This document shows positions 18,390 to 27,786 of a stretch of 60,818 nucleotides of DNA, in pieces. The stretch comes from a virus. Taxonomy: Duplodnaviria > Caudoviricetes. The notes beneath the pieces are model-generated. The model was not told where the DNA came from and did not search any database. It saw only the letters and a list, made by a program, of their open reading frames with translations. Both the position numbers and the translations under genes were made by a program. The first letter of the stretch is position 1. Each line of letters opens with the position of its first letter. The stretch spans positions 1 through 60,818 of the IMG/VR virus record IMGVR_UViG_3300032292_001138. One strand, given 5' to 3'.

Positions 18390-18419
18390 TTGACAAGGTG
18401 GGATTGTTTGCTGTAGATT
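18390..18419 (+). promoter_or_regulatory. sigma70-like promoter
   Basis: TTGACA-18-TAGATT. Confidence 0.55.
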
Positions 18420-18423
18420 AAAA

Positions 18424-18780
18424 GTGTCAAAAGGAGGTAGCACAGTGATTCACCCTGATAACGTTGTTTTGGCTGTCAAAGCAAATAATCAGATCGAAGT
18501 CGGGTATCACCCCGATGATGAAGAGCGGGTGGTGGGTTTCACCCTTGGGGTCAGAAATGACCTTAGGATCGTAGGAGAAATTTATAATCAACCTGCGTTA
18601 ATTGCAGTTAAAACACAATTTCCTTACGACCAAAACCCGCTGATACTGACCGTAAATAGTCAGTACAAAGCGGCGGATGTTGTCCCATATCTTTTTTCAA
18701 AATTTGCGAGAGAAGGTATGGTTCCGAAAATCGTTGATGAGGTCAATAACACTATTTATATAGGAGATGGAAGTTTCTGA
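18424..18780 (+). CDS. hypothetical protein
   Basis: ORF; AGGAGG suggests the real start is the GTG near 18445. Confidence 0.65.
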   Translation: MSKGGSTVIHPDNVVLAVKANNQIEVGYHPDDEERVVGFTLGVRNDLRIVGEIYNQPALIAVKTQFPYDQNPLILTVNSQYKAADVVPYLFSKFAREGMVPKIVDEVNNTIYIGDGSF

Positions 18781-18914
18781 TGCAAACATTGTTAACGATG
18801 TTTTTTCTGGCAGTTCTTGTAGTTGCCATTGTCGTCATCGTAAAAGGAGTTTGCTGGGATATTTTTGATGAGTTCGATGACCAAGATTAATACATTCAAG
18901 TACGGGTAAAAACT

Positions 18915-19109
18915 GTGAAAAATGCTAAAGCTAAACTGAGCAAAGAATCCTTGAAAGAGGCTATCGTGTCAATCACGCATTTCTTTGCGTTCGTCTTTGT
19001 CGGCGGATTCAATTTGAAGATCATTTTAATTTGGATTGCAGCGGAAATAGGAGCCGGAATGCTTTATGGCTTGATCAAAGGATTCTTTTTTGATTATTTC
19101 GAGGATTGA
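18915..19109 (+). CDS. small membrane protein
   Basis: Two hydrophobic segments. Confidence 0.55.
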   Translation: MKNAKAKLSKESLKEAIVSITHFFAFVFVGGFNLKIILIWIAAEIGAGMLYGLIKGFFFDYFED

Positions 19110-19116
19110 TAGTTTC

Positions 19117-19172
19117 ACATCCGACAATCAGCCCGTCATGCCTGGCGGCTGGGTGCAAGTCCTAGCGGATGT
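19117..19172 (+). ncRNA. tRNA-like mini structure (acceptor-like stem plus T-arm)
   Basis: ACATCC/GGATGT stem enclosing GCTGG-GTGCAAGTC-CTAGC. Confidence 0.4.
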
Positions 19173-19218
19173 ATTGAGGGATTTGGATTCACCCTCTATT
19201 AGGAGCAAATAGAAGCAA

Positions 19219-19845
19219 ATGGGATTAACTTTAACACCCGAATCGGGTTCGCAAAGGGATTTGGTTCCAGAAGGGATTCACTTGGCGCGATGCGTCAAAG
19301 TAATTGAACTAGGTGAAATCAAAAATAATACCTACAACAATTACACCCCTAAAGTAATGTTTCAATGGGAAATCTATGTGACTGACCATGATGGGCGGCT
19401 TATGGGAGTAACCATTGACGGGAAGTGGGAGCCTTTTCTGGCTTCTCGTCGATTTACACCATCCCTTAAGTTGGGAAGCCCTTTAAGGAAGTTCTTAGAA
19501 GGATGGCGAAGCCGCCCATTTACCGATGAGGAACTGAAAAAATTCCATATCGGAAATTGCGCTGGACATTATGCTTTTCTTACTATTAAGCATGGCAAAT
19601 CGGGCAAATATGCCGACGTTGAATCAGCACAAATTGCGACTAAAGAAGTTCCTAAACCTAGCCCAATTTTACCCGCGCTGGTTTTAGACTTTGACGCGCC
19701 TAACCTTGCAGTTTTTATGAGTTTGTCTCAGAAACTGCAAGAAATTATCAAAGGGAGTCGAAACTGCCCACCAGTATTTCGAGACCCTTCACTTGCATTA
19801 CAACCGGCTGAAGCCCCTGAAACTGAAAAGGACGTAATATTCTAA
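19219..19845 (+). CDS. putative phage ssDNA-binding or replication protein
   Basis: VPEGIHLARC..VIELG, SL...SPLRKFLEGWR.RPF, acidic C-terminus ending DVIF. Confidence 0.6.
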   Translation: MGLTLTPESGSQRDLVPEGIHLARCVKVIELGEIKNNTYNNYTPKVMFQWEIYVTDHDGRLMGVTIDGKWEPFLASRRFTPSLKLGSPLRKFLEGWRSRPFTDEELKKFHIGNCAGHYAFLTIKHGKSGKYADVESAQIATKEVPKPSPILPALVLDFDAPNLAVFMSLSQKLQEIIKGSRNCPPVFRDPSLALQPAEAPETEKDVIF

Positions 19846-20072
19846 TGACAATCAGAAATCTTGCCCCAGGGCGCTACCCCGCGATTGAACGCGATTGGGC
19901 GTTTGTCGTGAAGGATAGCGAAGTCGCGATCTTGTACCGCCAAAACGTCGCGATGGGCGTGGTGTTCGCAGGCAGCCTGAAATTCACGAAGCGCTGCCAC
20001 AGCCCACGAAATCGCATGATCGCCCGTGCGATGGCAGATATACATCTAGACGTAAGGAGCCAAAATTGGTGA
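19845..20072 (+). CDS. hypothetical protein
   Basis: Coupled ORF (TAATG). Confidence 0.5.
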   Translation: MTIRNLAPGRYPAIERDWAFVVKDSEVAILYRQNVAMGVVFAGSLKFTKRCHSPRNRMIARAMADIHLDVRSQNW

Positions 20073-20263
20073 TTATTATCCCAGCATCCCCAATTCCGTT
20101 TAATGAGCTACCCCTCGAAAAACAGCTTGTACATCATGCGTTTCAGGGGCAGATTAGACAGCTAAGCCTTTGCGAAGCCCAAGAGTTGCTTATAGCACTG
20201 CACCATTTGTATTTGGGACAATCGTCCGTGATCGCCAAATTGACCAAGGCAAAGCTGCCATAG
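20066..20263 (+). CDS. nblA: Phycobilisome degradation protein NblA-like
   Basis: ELPLEKQL...FQGQIRQLSLCEAQELLIALHHLYLGQ..VIAKL fits the NblA helix-loop-helix pattern. Confidence 0.75.
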   Translation: MVIIIPASPIPFNELPLEKQLVHHAFQGQIRQLSLCEAQELLIALHHLYLGQSSVIAKLTKAKLP

Positions 20264-20343
20264 ACACAATAAAACCCCCAATAACGGGGGCGCAATGCAA
20301 AAAAAAGAACAATCCACATATCCTTCCAAGGGAACTATAACAG

Positions 20344-20658
20344 ATGGAATTACAAGGTTTATTGTCTAAAGTTTTTGTTGATGCTTTGCCGCCGCAACAA
20401 AAAGGAATTGCAGAGGAACTGATGGAACAGTCATCAGGGCAGATTGACACTTTGATTGCACAGCTATATGAACGGCTGTGGATTGCAGACTATGAAGGGT
20501 TGTATCAAGGCTGGTTCCACCTGTACAACACTTACGAAGCCTTTGAAGACCCCAATCTGTCAGCAACTACCAAAGCATGGATTAACAGCCTTACGCTTTT
20601 ACAGTGCAAACTGTTGGCGCATGGGCTATGTCAAGTTTTTGCGAAGGAACAGCTATGA
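20344..20658 (+). CDS. hypothetical protein
   Basis: ORF. Confidence 0.6.
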   Translation: MELQGLLSKVFVDALPPQQKGIAEELMEQSSGQIDTLIAQLYERLWIADYEGLYQGWFHLYNTYEAFEDPNLSATTKAWINSLTLLQCKLLAHGLCQVFAKEQL

Positions 20659-20924
20659 ATGAATTTCAAGATTGGCGGCGTACCGCGACAGTCGCTGACC
20701 TCGCGGGTGCGTGTGCGCTAATTTGCGGAATGGTAGCGGATGCCTCGATTGATGGCGTAACCCGCGATTACTGGACAAACGCGGCGGCGCGATTTCGCGA
20801 ACATGGCGGTGAGTCGCGGTTTGGCGCGGGTGCGCTGCAATGGGTGATGAGTTTGACCAGTCACGCCCATAAGCGACTGGCAGAGGATTTGGCAGATCAA
20901 GCGAATTTGCGAGGGATTATCTGA
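20655..20924 (+). CDS. hypothetical protein
   Basis: ATGA-coupled ORF. Confidence 0.6.
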   Translation: MNEFQDWRRTATVADLAGACALICGMVADASIDGVTRDYWTNAAARFREHGGESRFGAGALQWVMSLTSHAHKRLAEDLADQANLRGII

Positions 20925-21166
20925 TGTTAAGACCAACGGCACAGCAACTGCTTAACTTTGCTCTCTGGGAAATCACTTTTGTTGATGGTGGCAAAGGTAG
21001 ACGGTCGATCCAGCTTCCGTTACTGCGTACTGAATCCGTCAAGGCTAAAGCCGCAGAATGGCTTCTTTTGAAGCAGCAATTAGACCCTAGTTGGGCTGGT
21101 TGGCGGTTTGGTGATTGCACTCAGGTCACTGGTACTGCAATTGATTTTGAGTCATCGTCATTTTAA
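20924..21166 (+). CDS. hypothetical protein
   Basis: TGATG-coupled ORF. Confidence 0.55.
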   Translation: MLRPTAQQLLNFALWEITFVDGGKGRRSIQLPLLRTESVKAKAAEWLLLKQQLDPSWAGWRFGDCTQVTGTAIDFESSSF

Positions 21167-21340
21167 ATTTCTTGATCCCACAAGTTAGCCGCTTGTGGGA
21201 TTCTAGTATGAGGGTGATGGAGACAATAAAAAACCCCAGCATAGGAGTGCTGAGGCGTTGAATTTGAATTAAGCGAAAGGGCACTGTCAACCCGATCCGT
21301 TAAAATAACAGGTGCTGCAACTGCCGTAAGGAGGGCAACA

Positions 21341-22645
21341 ATGCAAGGATATTGTATCACACGTAAGACGCTAATAGCCCTAAAAAGCCACCTATCACAC
21401 ATGCAGATGGTGGTCTTTTTGCATTTGGCATCATCGACAGATCAGCCCGATCAATGGACGGAGTTCTCATGCTCTCAGATTGCCGAAGATTTGGGGAGTG
21501 ATACCCGTCGGATTAGGATAGCCATTAATGAGATTGAGGCGAAAAACATCATTGAGACCACAACAAAGACCCGTCACCGCTATTTTCGATCTCTAGATTT
21601 TTTAAGCAATTTTTCTGCAAATACACAGGAATCGAGCGAAGTCAAAGGATCAATTCGATCCTCTAAGCGGATCAATTCGATCCTTCAGCCGGATCAATTC
21701 GATCCTCTAAGCGGATCAATTCGATCCTCTAAGCGGATCAATTCGATCCTTCAGCCGGATCAATTCGATCCGCATCAAAGCGAAAAAGTTGAAGGGACAT
21801 CTATATATAGAAATATTATTATTAATAACACTCCCTCTAATACGCACGAGGAGAATCAAGAAAAAGAGGGTGTGTGTGTGAGGGTCGGAAATTTGGATCA
21901 AGATCCTCAGGCAAAAAAATCTGTAAGCCCAACGGGTCAGTACCCTTTTGCACAAAAAAAGCAAAATCTCTCTGGTGAAAACCCTGAATCCCTTGCTGAG
22001 ACACGTTTTGCGGCGGCTCCGCCCGAAAATTGCACGAAAGACCAGCTTTTTGCATGGTGGACTGCAAAACTCGAAGATGCCCAATTTTTGCGTTTTAAGG
22101 TGGCTGAATGGCGGATGGATTTGTCATTTATCGTGTCGCTAGGTCAAAGCCTGTTGCAGCGCGAAAAATTCTGGTCTGAGCGCAAATTTGACGCAAGGGC
22201 GGTAGGGCTGATGGTGATTAATGGCTCACTCAACCTAGAGCAACCTAATACCGCTGCTAACCACAAATCCCGTCTGGTACAGTATTTGACGGACTTAGCG
22301 ACACCCGCGCCAACCGCGACGGACGCGAACACCGCTGCTATTGCGGTACGCCCAGCGGCGCTAGTCGCAGAAGACGCGAAAAGGGCGGAAATCCAAGAGC
22401 AGGAGCGGCTTGCAGAACTCGAATTTGGCGATACGCCTGAGGCGCGGTTGCGCTATTGGCTGCAAAGCTATCAGGACAATGTGCTAAATCAAAGCTGGGA
22501 TTCAGCGGCTGGCGCGGCTTTGCGCGGTCGCGCCGTGCGGAAACATCAAGCTAAGTTTGAGGGGTGCATGAGGGAGATTCACGGAGCCGACTGGGAAAAT
22601 CAGCAGATTGATGATTATTTAGCGAATCATGCGATTGCGTCTTGA
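21341..22645 (+). CDS. Replication initiator (lambda O-like)
   Basis: N-terminal wHTH (SCSQIAEDLG...IRIAINEIEAKNII), internal iterons, upstream of dnaB. Confidence 0.82.
   Translation: MQGYCITRKTLIALKSHLSHMQMVVFLHLASSTDQPDQWTEFSCSQIAEDLGSDTRRIRIAINEIEAKNIIETTTKTRHRYFRSLDFLSNFSANTQESSEVKGSIRSSKRINSILQPDQFDPLSGSIRSSKRINSILQPDQFDPHQSEKVEGTSIYRNIIINNTPSNTHEENQEKEGVCVRVGNLDQDPQAKKSVSPTGQYPFAQKKQNLSGENPESLAETRFAAAPPENCTKDQLFAWWTAKLEDAQFLRFKVAEWRMDLSFIVSLGQSLLQREKFWSERKFDARAVGLMVINGSLNLEQPNTAANHKSRLVQYLTDLATPAPTATDANTAAIAVRPAALVAEDAKRAEIQEQERLAELEFGDTPEARLRYWLQSYQDNVLNQSWDSAAGAALRGRAVRKHQAKFEGCMREIHGADWENQQIDDYLANHAIAS
21647..21830. repeat. Replication origin: 6 x 22-bp iterons plus AT-rich unwinding region
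   Basis: GGATCAATTCGATCC at 21647, 21669, 21691, 21713, 21735, 21757; AT-rich tract 21801-21830. Confidence 0.88.
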
Positions 22646-22716
22646 CTTTGACCCGTGTCGGCTGGTAGGGTGAATTAAATTTGAATTAATGCTTTTTCGG
22701 AAAGGTAAGAAAAATT

Positions 22717-24156
22717 ATGGTTAACGCGCCTAAGGTACTTAGACCTGAAGGGGATAACTGGCTTGCGCCGCCCCAGAATACTGATATAGAGCGGGGGGTG
22801 CTGGGGGCAATCCTAGACGAGATGACGGGCGAAAATAAGGTTTTTGGGTTTGTAAACTCTTTGATTTCGGCTGATTCGTTTTATGTGGCGGCTCATCAGA
22901 AAATTTACGCCGCTTGTTCTGCGCTTTACAAAAAAAGTACGCCGATCGACCTTTTGACCGTGTGCGATTATCTGGCTAGCACGGGCGAATTAGATGCTAT
23001 TGGGGGCAGTTCTACAGTTGTTTATTTAGTCGAATACAGCAGAGGGGTTTGTGCAGAGCTTTTGTTGTCGGCGTACTGCCAAAAAATCCAAGAGTATTTT
23101 ATCCGCCGTAAGCTGATCGAAGTCTCAGGACGGCTAAGGGAATTGGCAGTTAAATCTGATGCGTCTTTGTCGGATGTGGCGAACCAAGCGCAGGAAATGC
23201 TGCTGTCTACGACCGCCCTTGCATTCCCCCAAGCTGGGAATAGCGCGAGTCTTGGCAAGTTGGCTAGTGATGCCCTGATTGAAATGGTCAAGGTTGATGA
23301 GGCTAGGCAACGGGGCGAAGTGTTGAAGCAGAAATACGCCACAGGATTTTATGACTTTGATGATACGACTGGTGGGGGGCTTGATCCAGGGGATTTAATT
23401 ATTTTGGCGGGTCGTCCGTCTATGGGCAAAACCTCTATGGGGATACAGCTAGCCGTAAATATAGCCGAGCTTAATAACACCCCTGTGGCAATTTTTTCCC
23501 TTGAGATGTCCAAAGAGTCGTTGACCTATCGCATTATGTCAGGGCGGTCTAAAACTAGATCGTCGGAATATGGCGCAACTGCCAATGATTTGCGGTCAGC
23601 TAATTTGCCTGATGCGATGTGGAGCAAAATGGCTCAGGTAGTTAATGACTTACAGCCCTTGCCTATTGCCATTGAGGATCGATCATCATGCACTGTCGAG
23701 AAAATTCGTCACAGTGCAGGAAAGATTAAGGCTAAGTATGGCGGCAATTTGGGGGTAATCCTGATTGATTATTTGCAGTTAATGTCTGTGGAGGGCGAGC
23801 CATCAAATGGTAGCGGGAATCGCAATGCTGAGATTTCAGCCATCAGCCGCAAATTGAAAGTAATGGCGATGGAGTTAGGGGTCGTAGTAATAGCTCTGTC
23901 TCAGCTAAACCGTTCGGTGGAAAGCCGTGCCGACAAGAGACCCGCCCTTTCAGACTTGAGAGATTCGGGATCTTTGGAGCAGGACGGGGATCAGGTTCTG
24001 TTTTTGTATCGCGATGAATACTATAACCCTGATACGGCGGATCGCGGGGTGGCTGAATTGATTGTGGCAAAGCACCGCAATGGACCGACTGGAACGGTGC
24101 AACTGCTATTTGACCCACGGCTGACTAAGTTTGAAAATCTTGCTGCTTCAAAATAA
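22717..24156 (+). CDS. dnaB: Replicative DNA helicase
   Basis: AGRPSMGKT, FSLEM, IDYLQL, LSQLNR, DLRDSGSLEQD, KHRNGPTG. Confidence 0.96.
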   Translation: MVNAPKVLRPEGDNWLAPPQNTDIERGVLGAILDEMTGENKVFGFVNSLISADSFYVAAHQKIYAACSALYKKSTPIDLLTVCDYLASTGELDAIGGSSTVVYLVEYSRGVCAELLLSAYCQKIQEYFIRRKLIEVSGRLRELAVKSDASLSDVANQAQEMLLSTTALAFPQAGNSASLGKLASDALIEMVKVDEARQRGEVLKQKYATGFYDFDDTTGGGLDPGDLIILAGRPSMGKTSMGIQLAVNIAELNNTPVAIFSLEMSKESLTYRIMSGRSKTRSSEYGATANDLRSANLPDAMWSKMAQVVNDLQPLPIAIEDRSSCTVEKIRHSAGKIKAKYGGNLGVILIDYLQLMSVEGEPSNGSGNRNAEISAISRKLKVMAMELGVVVIALSQLNRSVESRADKRPALSDLRDSGSLEQDGDQVLFLYRDEYYNPDTADRGVAELIVAKHRNGPTGTVQLLFDPRLTKFENLAASK

Positions 24157-24186
24157 TAATTCCGCTAACACCAAGAGGTACTCTCA

Positions 24187-24459
24187 ATGCCAGAATATTG
24201 CGCCCTAAATTCTAGTGAAATCCAAAGCGTTTTAAAATCTGTATTTTCGCATTCAGATTTAGCTGAAATGGATTTTTCAAAAATTGCTGACGAAGAGGTT
24301 TTTGTTCCGTTTTCCTTTACTTCAGATGAATTGACATCCTTAGCGCAAGAATGCGGCAAAAAACACATGTATTTTGAGATTGATGCCGCATGTGAGCCTG
24401 TCAATGGCAAAGGAATGGCTGTTGTACTTCGGCTATCATTTGCCCGTACTCAAAAATAA
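24187..24459 (+). CDS. hypothetical protein
   Basis: ORF with GAGGT ribosome-binding site. Confidence 0.6.
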   Translation: MPEYCALNSSEIQSVLKSVFSHSDLAEMDFSKIADEEVFVPFSFTSDELTSLAQECGKKHMYFEIDAACEPVNGKGMAVVLRLSFARTQK

Positions 24460-24544
24460 TTCCCAGCAATTTAAATACTTTCGTAGTTCCCTATGGCTTT
24501 TTGTGCTATCTTAAGGCTGTAGGGATTGCTTTAAAGGGTGGCGC

Positions 24545-24769
24545 ATGGATCAGCCTGATATGTTTGAGACTGTCGAAGACTTCGCCAACCGGATTAAGGT
24601 TGGGCGCGGTTACATAGAAAAACTTATTCATGGTTGTTGGAGGGAAGGGGTAGAGTTTATCCATTTAAACCAATTTGGCGGGAACAAATATCGCATTGAC
24701 ATCCAAAAGGCTCTGAACTTTTTGCGATGCAATCCGCAGGGCGAACCAGAACAAACAGAACAAAAATAA
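24545..24769 (+). CDS. excisionase-like winged-helix DNA-binding protein
   Basis: ETVEDFANRIKVGRGYIEKLI..WREGVEF...YRIDI. Confidence 0.6.
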   Translation: MDQPDMFETVEDFANRIKVGRGYIEKLIHGCWREGVEFIHLNQFGGNKYRIDIQKALNFLRCNPQGEPEQTEQK

Positions 24770-24775
24770 CGAAAG

Positions 24776-25321
24776 GTGTCTATGAACCAAAACTATGTGA
24801 CTAAGGCGGAGTTTGTCCCCAATCATGGCGGCGTAATTAATTTGTATTCTTTGGAGTTTGTCTCAATGATCGATGGATTTCCTGAAGTCCATTCGATCAA
24901 AAATATTGATGTATCTATTCCCCCCGATGTCATTAATCTGTTTTCTGATTTGGCGAAATTTTGCGAAAACTATTTAGGGGTTTCGGTTCCGTATATTTCC
25001 CCAAAGATGTTAAAGATTGCTTGGAATATGGAGACAGATGCCCCTAAGACATTAGCTGCAAAGCTAAATTGTTCCGCAGACATAGAACACAATGAAATCT
25101 TTTTTGAAACGACTTTACCTAAAATTGATGGATTTGTTTTGCGACTCTTTGATGACGGTGGGCGGATTGAACGGGTTTCACGGTTGATCCTGCAAGCTTA
25201 TGGAGAATGGTTGCAATCAAGACCATCTCAATTGTCCCTGCTGGGAATGGAATCAATGGAATCGCTTGCTGAGACTTCGGGTAAGGTTGTGGCTTTGCAG
25301 CCTCGGGCGGTGGTGGTGTAG
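24776..25321 (+). CDS. hypothetical protein
   Basis: ORF. Confidence 0.6.
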   Translation: MSMNQNYVTKAEFVPNHGGVINLYSLEFVSMIDGFPEVHSIKNIDVSIPPDVINLFSDLAKFCENYLGVSVPYISPKMLKIAWNMETDAPKTLAAKLNCSADIEHNEIFFETTLPKIDGFVLRLFDDGGRIERVSRLILQAYGEWLQSRPSQLSLLGMESMESLAETSGKVVALQPRAVVV

Positions 25322-25323
25322 TT

Positions 25324-25659
25324 GTGAAAGCCCCATGCTCTAACTGCCCATTTCGGGCTAATGTTGATTTTCGCCTCAGCGAAGCCCGTGCCGAACAAAT
25401 CGCTGGGGATGTAATCTTAGGCGATACGTGGTTCGCATGTCATCAAACCGTCGATTATTCTGATGATGAACCGAGTGCCGATAATAGTTCCGTTTGCGTT
25501 GGTTCCCTGCTTTCTATTGCTAAAGAGCGGGGAGATGCAATGGCTAATTTAGGAGTGCGGCTCAAAGTACTTTCTGGTCAGCTTGAATTGAATGATATTG
25601 ATAGCAGTATCCCTGTGTGGAATGCCGCCGAATTTGTCAAAAATGTTGGAATAGATTGA
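25324..25659 (+). CDS. Cys/His metal-binding hypothetical protein
   Basis: PCSNCPFR...FACH...CVG. Confidence 0.65.
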   Translation: MKAPCSNCPFRANVDFRLSEARAEQIAGDVILGDTWFACHQTVDYSDDEPSADNSSVCVGSLLSIAKERGDAMANLGVRLKVLSGQLELNDIDSSIPVWNAAEFVKNVGID

Positions 25660-25667
25660 GGTGTGCA

Positions 25668-25922
25668 ATGTGGAAAGAAAAAGCTTATAAAGCGATTAGC
25701 CCTATGCTAAGCAAGCATAGGCAAGCTTGTCAGGATGGGTCAATGAATCGTTCCCAGCTTAGAAGGGAATTGAATAAAGCCTATCCATTTGGGTTGAGGC
25801 GGAATTATCCTTACAAGGTGTGGTGTCAGGCAGTCAATCACACGATAGAGCTTGTGTTTGGGACTAAGCAGGTTGACGTGGTTGAAATTGACGCGCCTTT
25901 ATTTGAAAACATTGTGGAGTAA
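25668..25922 (+). CDS. hypothetical phage protein
   Basis: AYPFGLRRNYPYKVWC motif. Confidence 0.6.
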   Translation: MWKEKAYKAISPMLSKHRQACQDGSMNRSQLRRELNKAYPFGLRRNYPYKVWCQAVNHTIELVFGTKQVDVVEIDAPLFENIVE

Positions 25923-25926
25923 CAAA

Positions 25927-26145
25927 ATGGATGTCCAACAAATGACTGATGTGGAATTTTGGAAAGAGTTAAAGCAATTTTCCCCTGAACAATGCCTATG
26001 CGTACAAGCGATGGTTGAATCAGGTTTTACTAAGGAAGAAGCTTTGAAAGAAGTAAAAGGGTTCGCCGCCATGGAAAGACTCAGCAAAATGATGGACAAA
26101 CCAATGACTAAAAGCCCACCAATCGGATTTACTGAAGACAATTAA
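25927..26145 (+). CDS. hypothetical protein
   Basis: ORF with GGAG ribosome-binding site. Confidence 0.55.
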   Translation: MDVQQMTDVEFWKELKQFSPEQCLCVQAMVESGFTKEEALKEVKGFAAMERLSKMMDKPMTKSPPIGFTEDN

Positions 26146-26159
26146 CCGTATTTTAAATC

Positions 26160-26201
26160 AAAAAAACAACCCCGCTAACCGTAACAAGTCAGCGGGGTTT
26201 T
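26160..26201. terminator. Bidirectional terminator between convergent arms
   Basis: AACCCCGCT...AGCGGGGTTTT preceded by an A tract. Confidence 0.65.
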
Positions 26202-26435
26202 AGCTACAATATACAAACAACCAACCAAAGCAATTGCTACGCTGTGGTAAATGCCGTTATAACAATAAGCCTAAATGGGATGGTTACGGACAGCTTACAA
26301 AGTGCATTAAGCTGGTTGCAATGCCTTACAGCATGTAAGATATAAACATGCTGTAAACCCTCAATTACTAACACTAACGGCTCTAACCCATAATCTTGGC
26401 AGCGGGTAGGATCAGGTTCATCCTCAGCGACGACA

Positions 26436-26768
26436 TTAATCTACAGACTCCCATGTTTCCACAGGAAAAACTAAATCCCCCTGCTCGTTTTTGATCAGCC
26501 TTAAAAAATTGTAGGCTGCAATAAAAATATTGCCATTTGATTCGGCAAGCAATTGGGCAAAAGTTTGATATTCTTGCCCAATTGCTTTGTATTCAAAAGA
26601 ATCAAATGGTGCTTTTTTGCCATCAAAACTAGATTTGTTAGCGTAATATCTAACATTTATTCTTACAAATTCATTCAACGTGCTCGATATATCATAGATT
26701 ACTGCATAAGCATTAGGTGCAGTTAATCCAAAGATAGTTTCAACAGGAATGTTTGATTCAAATGCCAT
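26436..26768 (-). CDS. putative tail fibre-associated chaperone
   Basis: Follows fibre-like genes; APNAYA...NIFIAAYNFL. Confidence 0.5.
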   Translation of the reverse strand: MAFESNIPVETIFGLTAPNAYAVIYDISSTLNEFVRINVRYYANKSSFDGKKAPFDSFEYKAIGQEYQTFAQLLAESNGNIFIAAYNFLRLIKNEQGDLVFPVETWESVD

Positions 26769-26772
26769 GATT

Positions 26773-27786
26773 TTAAACCATTGTAGACGATGTTACTTGT
26801 TGCCAACTCGAACCATTATAAAAGCAAATTGCATTGTTTGTGGAGTTATACACTGTCATGCCTGCTGAGGGTGAAGCAATAGCATTGATTTGAGAGGTAG
26901 TCAGAACATTTAGCCTAATTGGAAGTGAAGCATTAATACTGGTTGAACTAATTTCCAATCGAGTCGCCTGCGGCTGAAAAGAAGTTCCACTTGCCTGAAC
27001 CGTTGGAGTTTGAAATAAAATACTGGGAGTTGCAGCGTTTCCGGTCCCATTACCCGCCTGTATTGTTAAATTAGAGCCTGTGACATTTGTGGTGCTAAGC
27101 CGTTTTGCCCCACTTCTAACAACCCCGCCTAAAGCGTTGGCGGCTCCGTCAGTATCTTGTCCTACTATAAGGGCTGTCTGAGTATATATATTGCCTAGGA
27201 CTGATAGATTATTGTCGTTTGAAGAATAACATTGTCCATTTGCGTATCTTACATACTCAGACGTTCCTAGCGCAATACAGTGCCCTGATGGAGTACGCAC
27301 AGACAATCCATCAAAATCCGAGCCACCCCCAGCAACTGTGTCACAATTAATTCTTACTCTAAATGTATTGCTTGTATTAGACGTACTTCTCGCAAACACT
27401 ATGCTAGGGGGGGTGACATACCCCGAACCTTCTGAGGTTATAATTAGTGCGTCTGTGTTTGCGGGTGAGGCGACAATAACCCCACCAGTGCCAGTACCTT
27501 TCAATTTTAAAGAACTATTTGCCCCACCAGTACCAGCGGAATCCGCTAATACAGTTGAGTAATTAGCATCTGTAAAAAGCCTAAGTCTTTTATAGTTTGA
27601 ACTGTTAGTAAAAGAGCCAATAGCTTCAACGCCTCCAGTGCTTCTGAAGCTATTCGTACTACTATCCCAAGTGATTGCACTGCTACTGGAAACGGTAGAA
27701 CTATTTGCAAATAACACATTTCCAGTAGAAAGATCCGTAAAGGTTTGATTATTAATAATTCGAGTTGGCTTAAAAATTGTGGACAT
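26773..27786 (-). CDS. virion fibre-like protein
   Basis: Ser/Thr/Gly-rich; C-terminal LTTSQINAIASPSAGMTVYN...FYNGSSW motif. Confidence 0.65.
   Translation of the reverse strand: MSTIFKPTRIINNQTFTDLSTGNVLFANSSTVSSSSAITWDSSTNSFRSTGGVEAIGSFTNSSNYKRLRLFTDANYSTVLADSAGTGGANSSLKLKGTGTGGVIVASPANTDALIITSEGSGYVTPPSIVFARSTSNTSNTFRVRINCDTVAGGGSDFDGLSVRTPSGHCIALGTSEYVRYANGQCYSSNDNNLSVLGNIYTQTALIVGQDTDGAANALGGVVRSGAKRLSTTNVTGSNLTIQAGNGTGNAATPSILFQTPTVQASGTSFQPQATRLEISSTSINASLPIRLNVLTTSQINAIASPSAGMTVYNSTNNAICFYNGSSWQQVTSSTMV

Noticed and set aside
21647-21771. CRISPR-like array
   Set aside because: Repeats are contiguous 22-mers without unique spacers, inside the initiator gene; they are iterons
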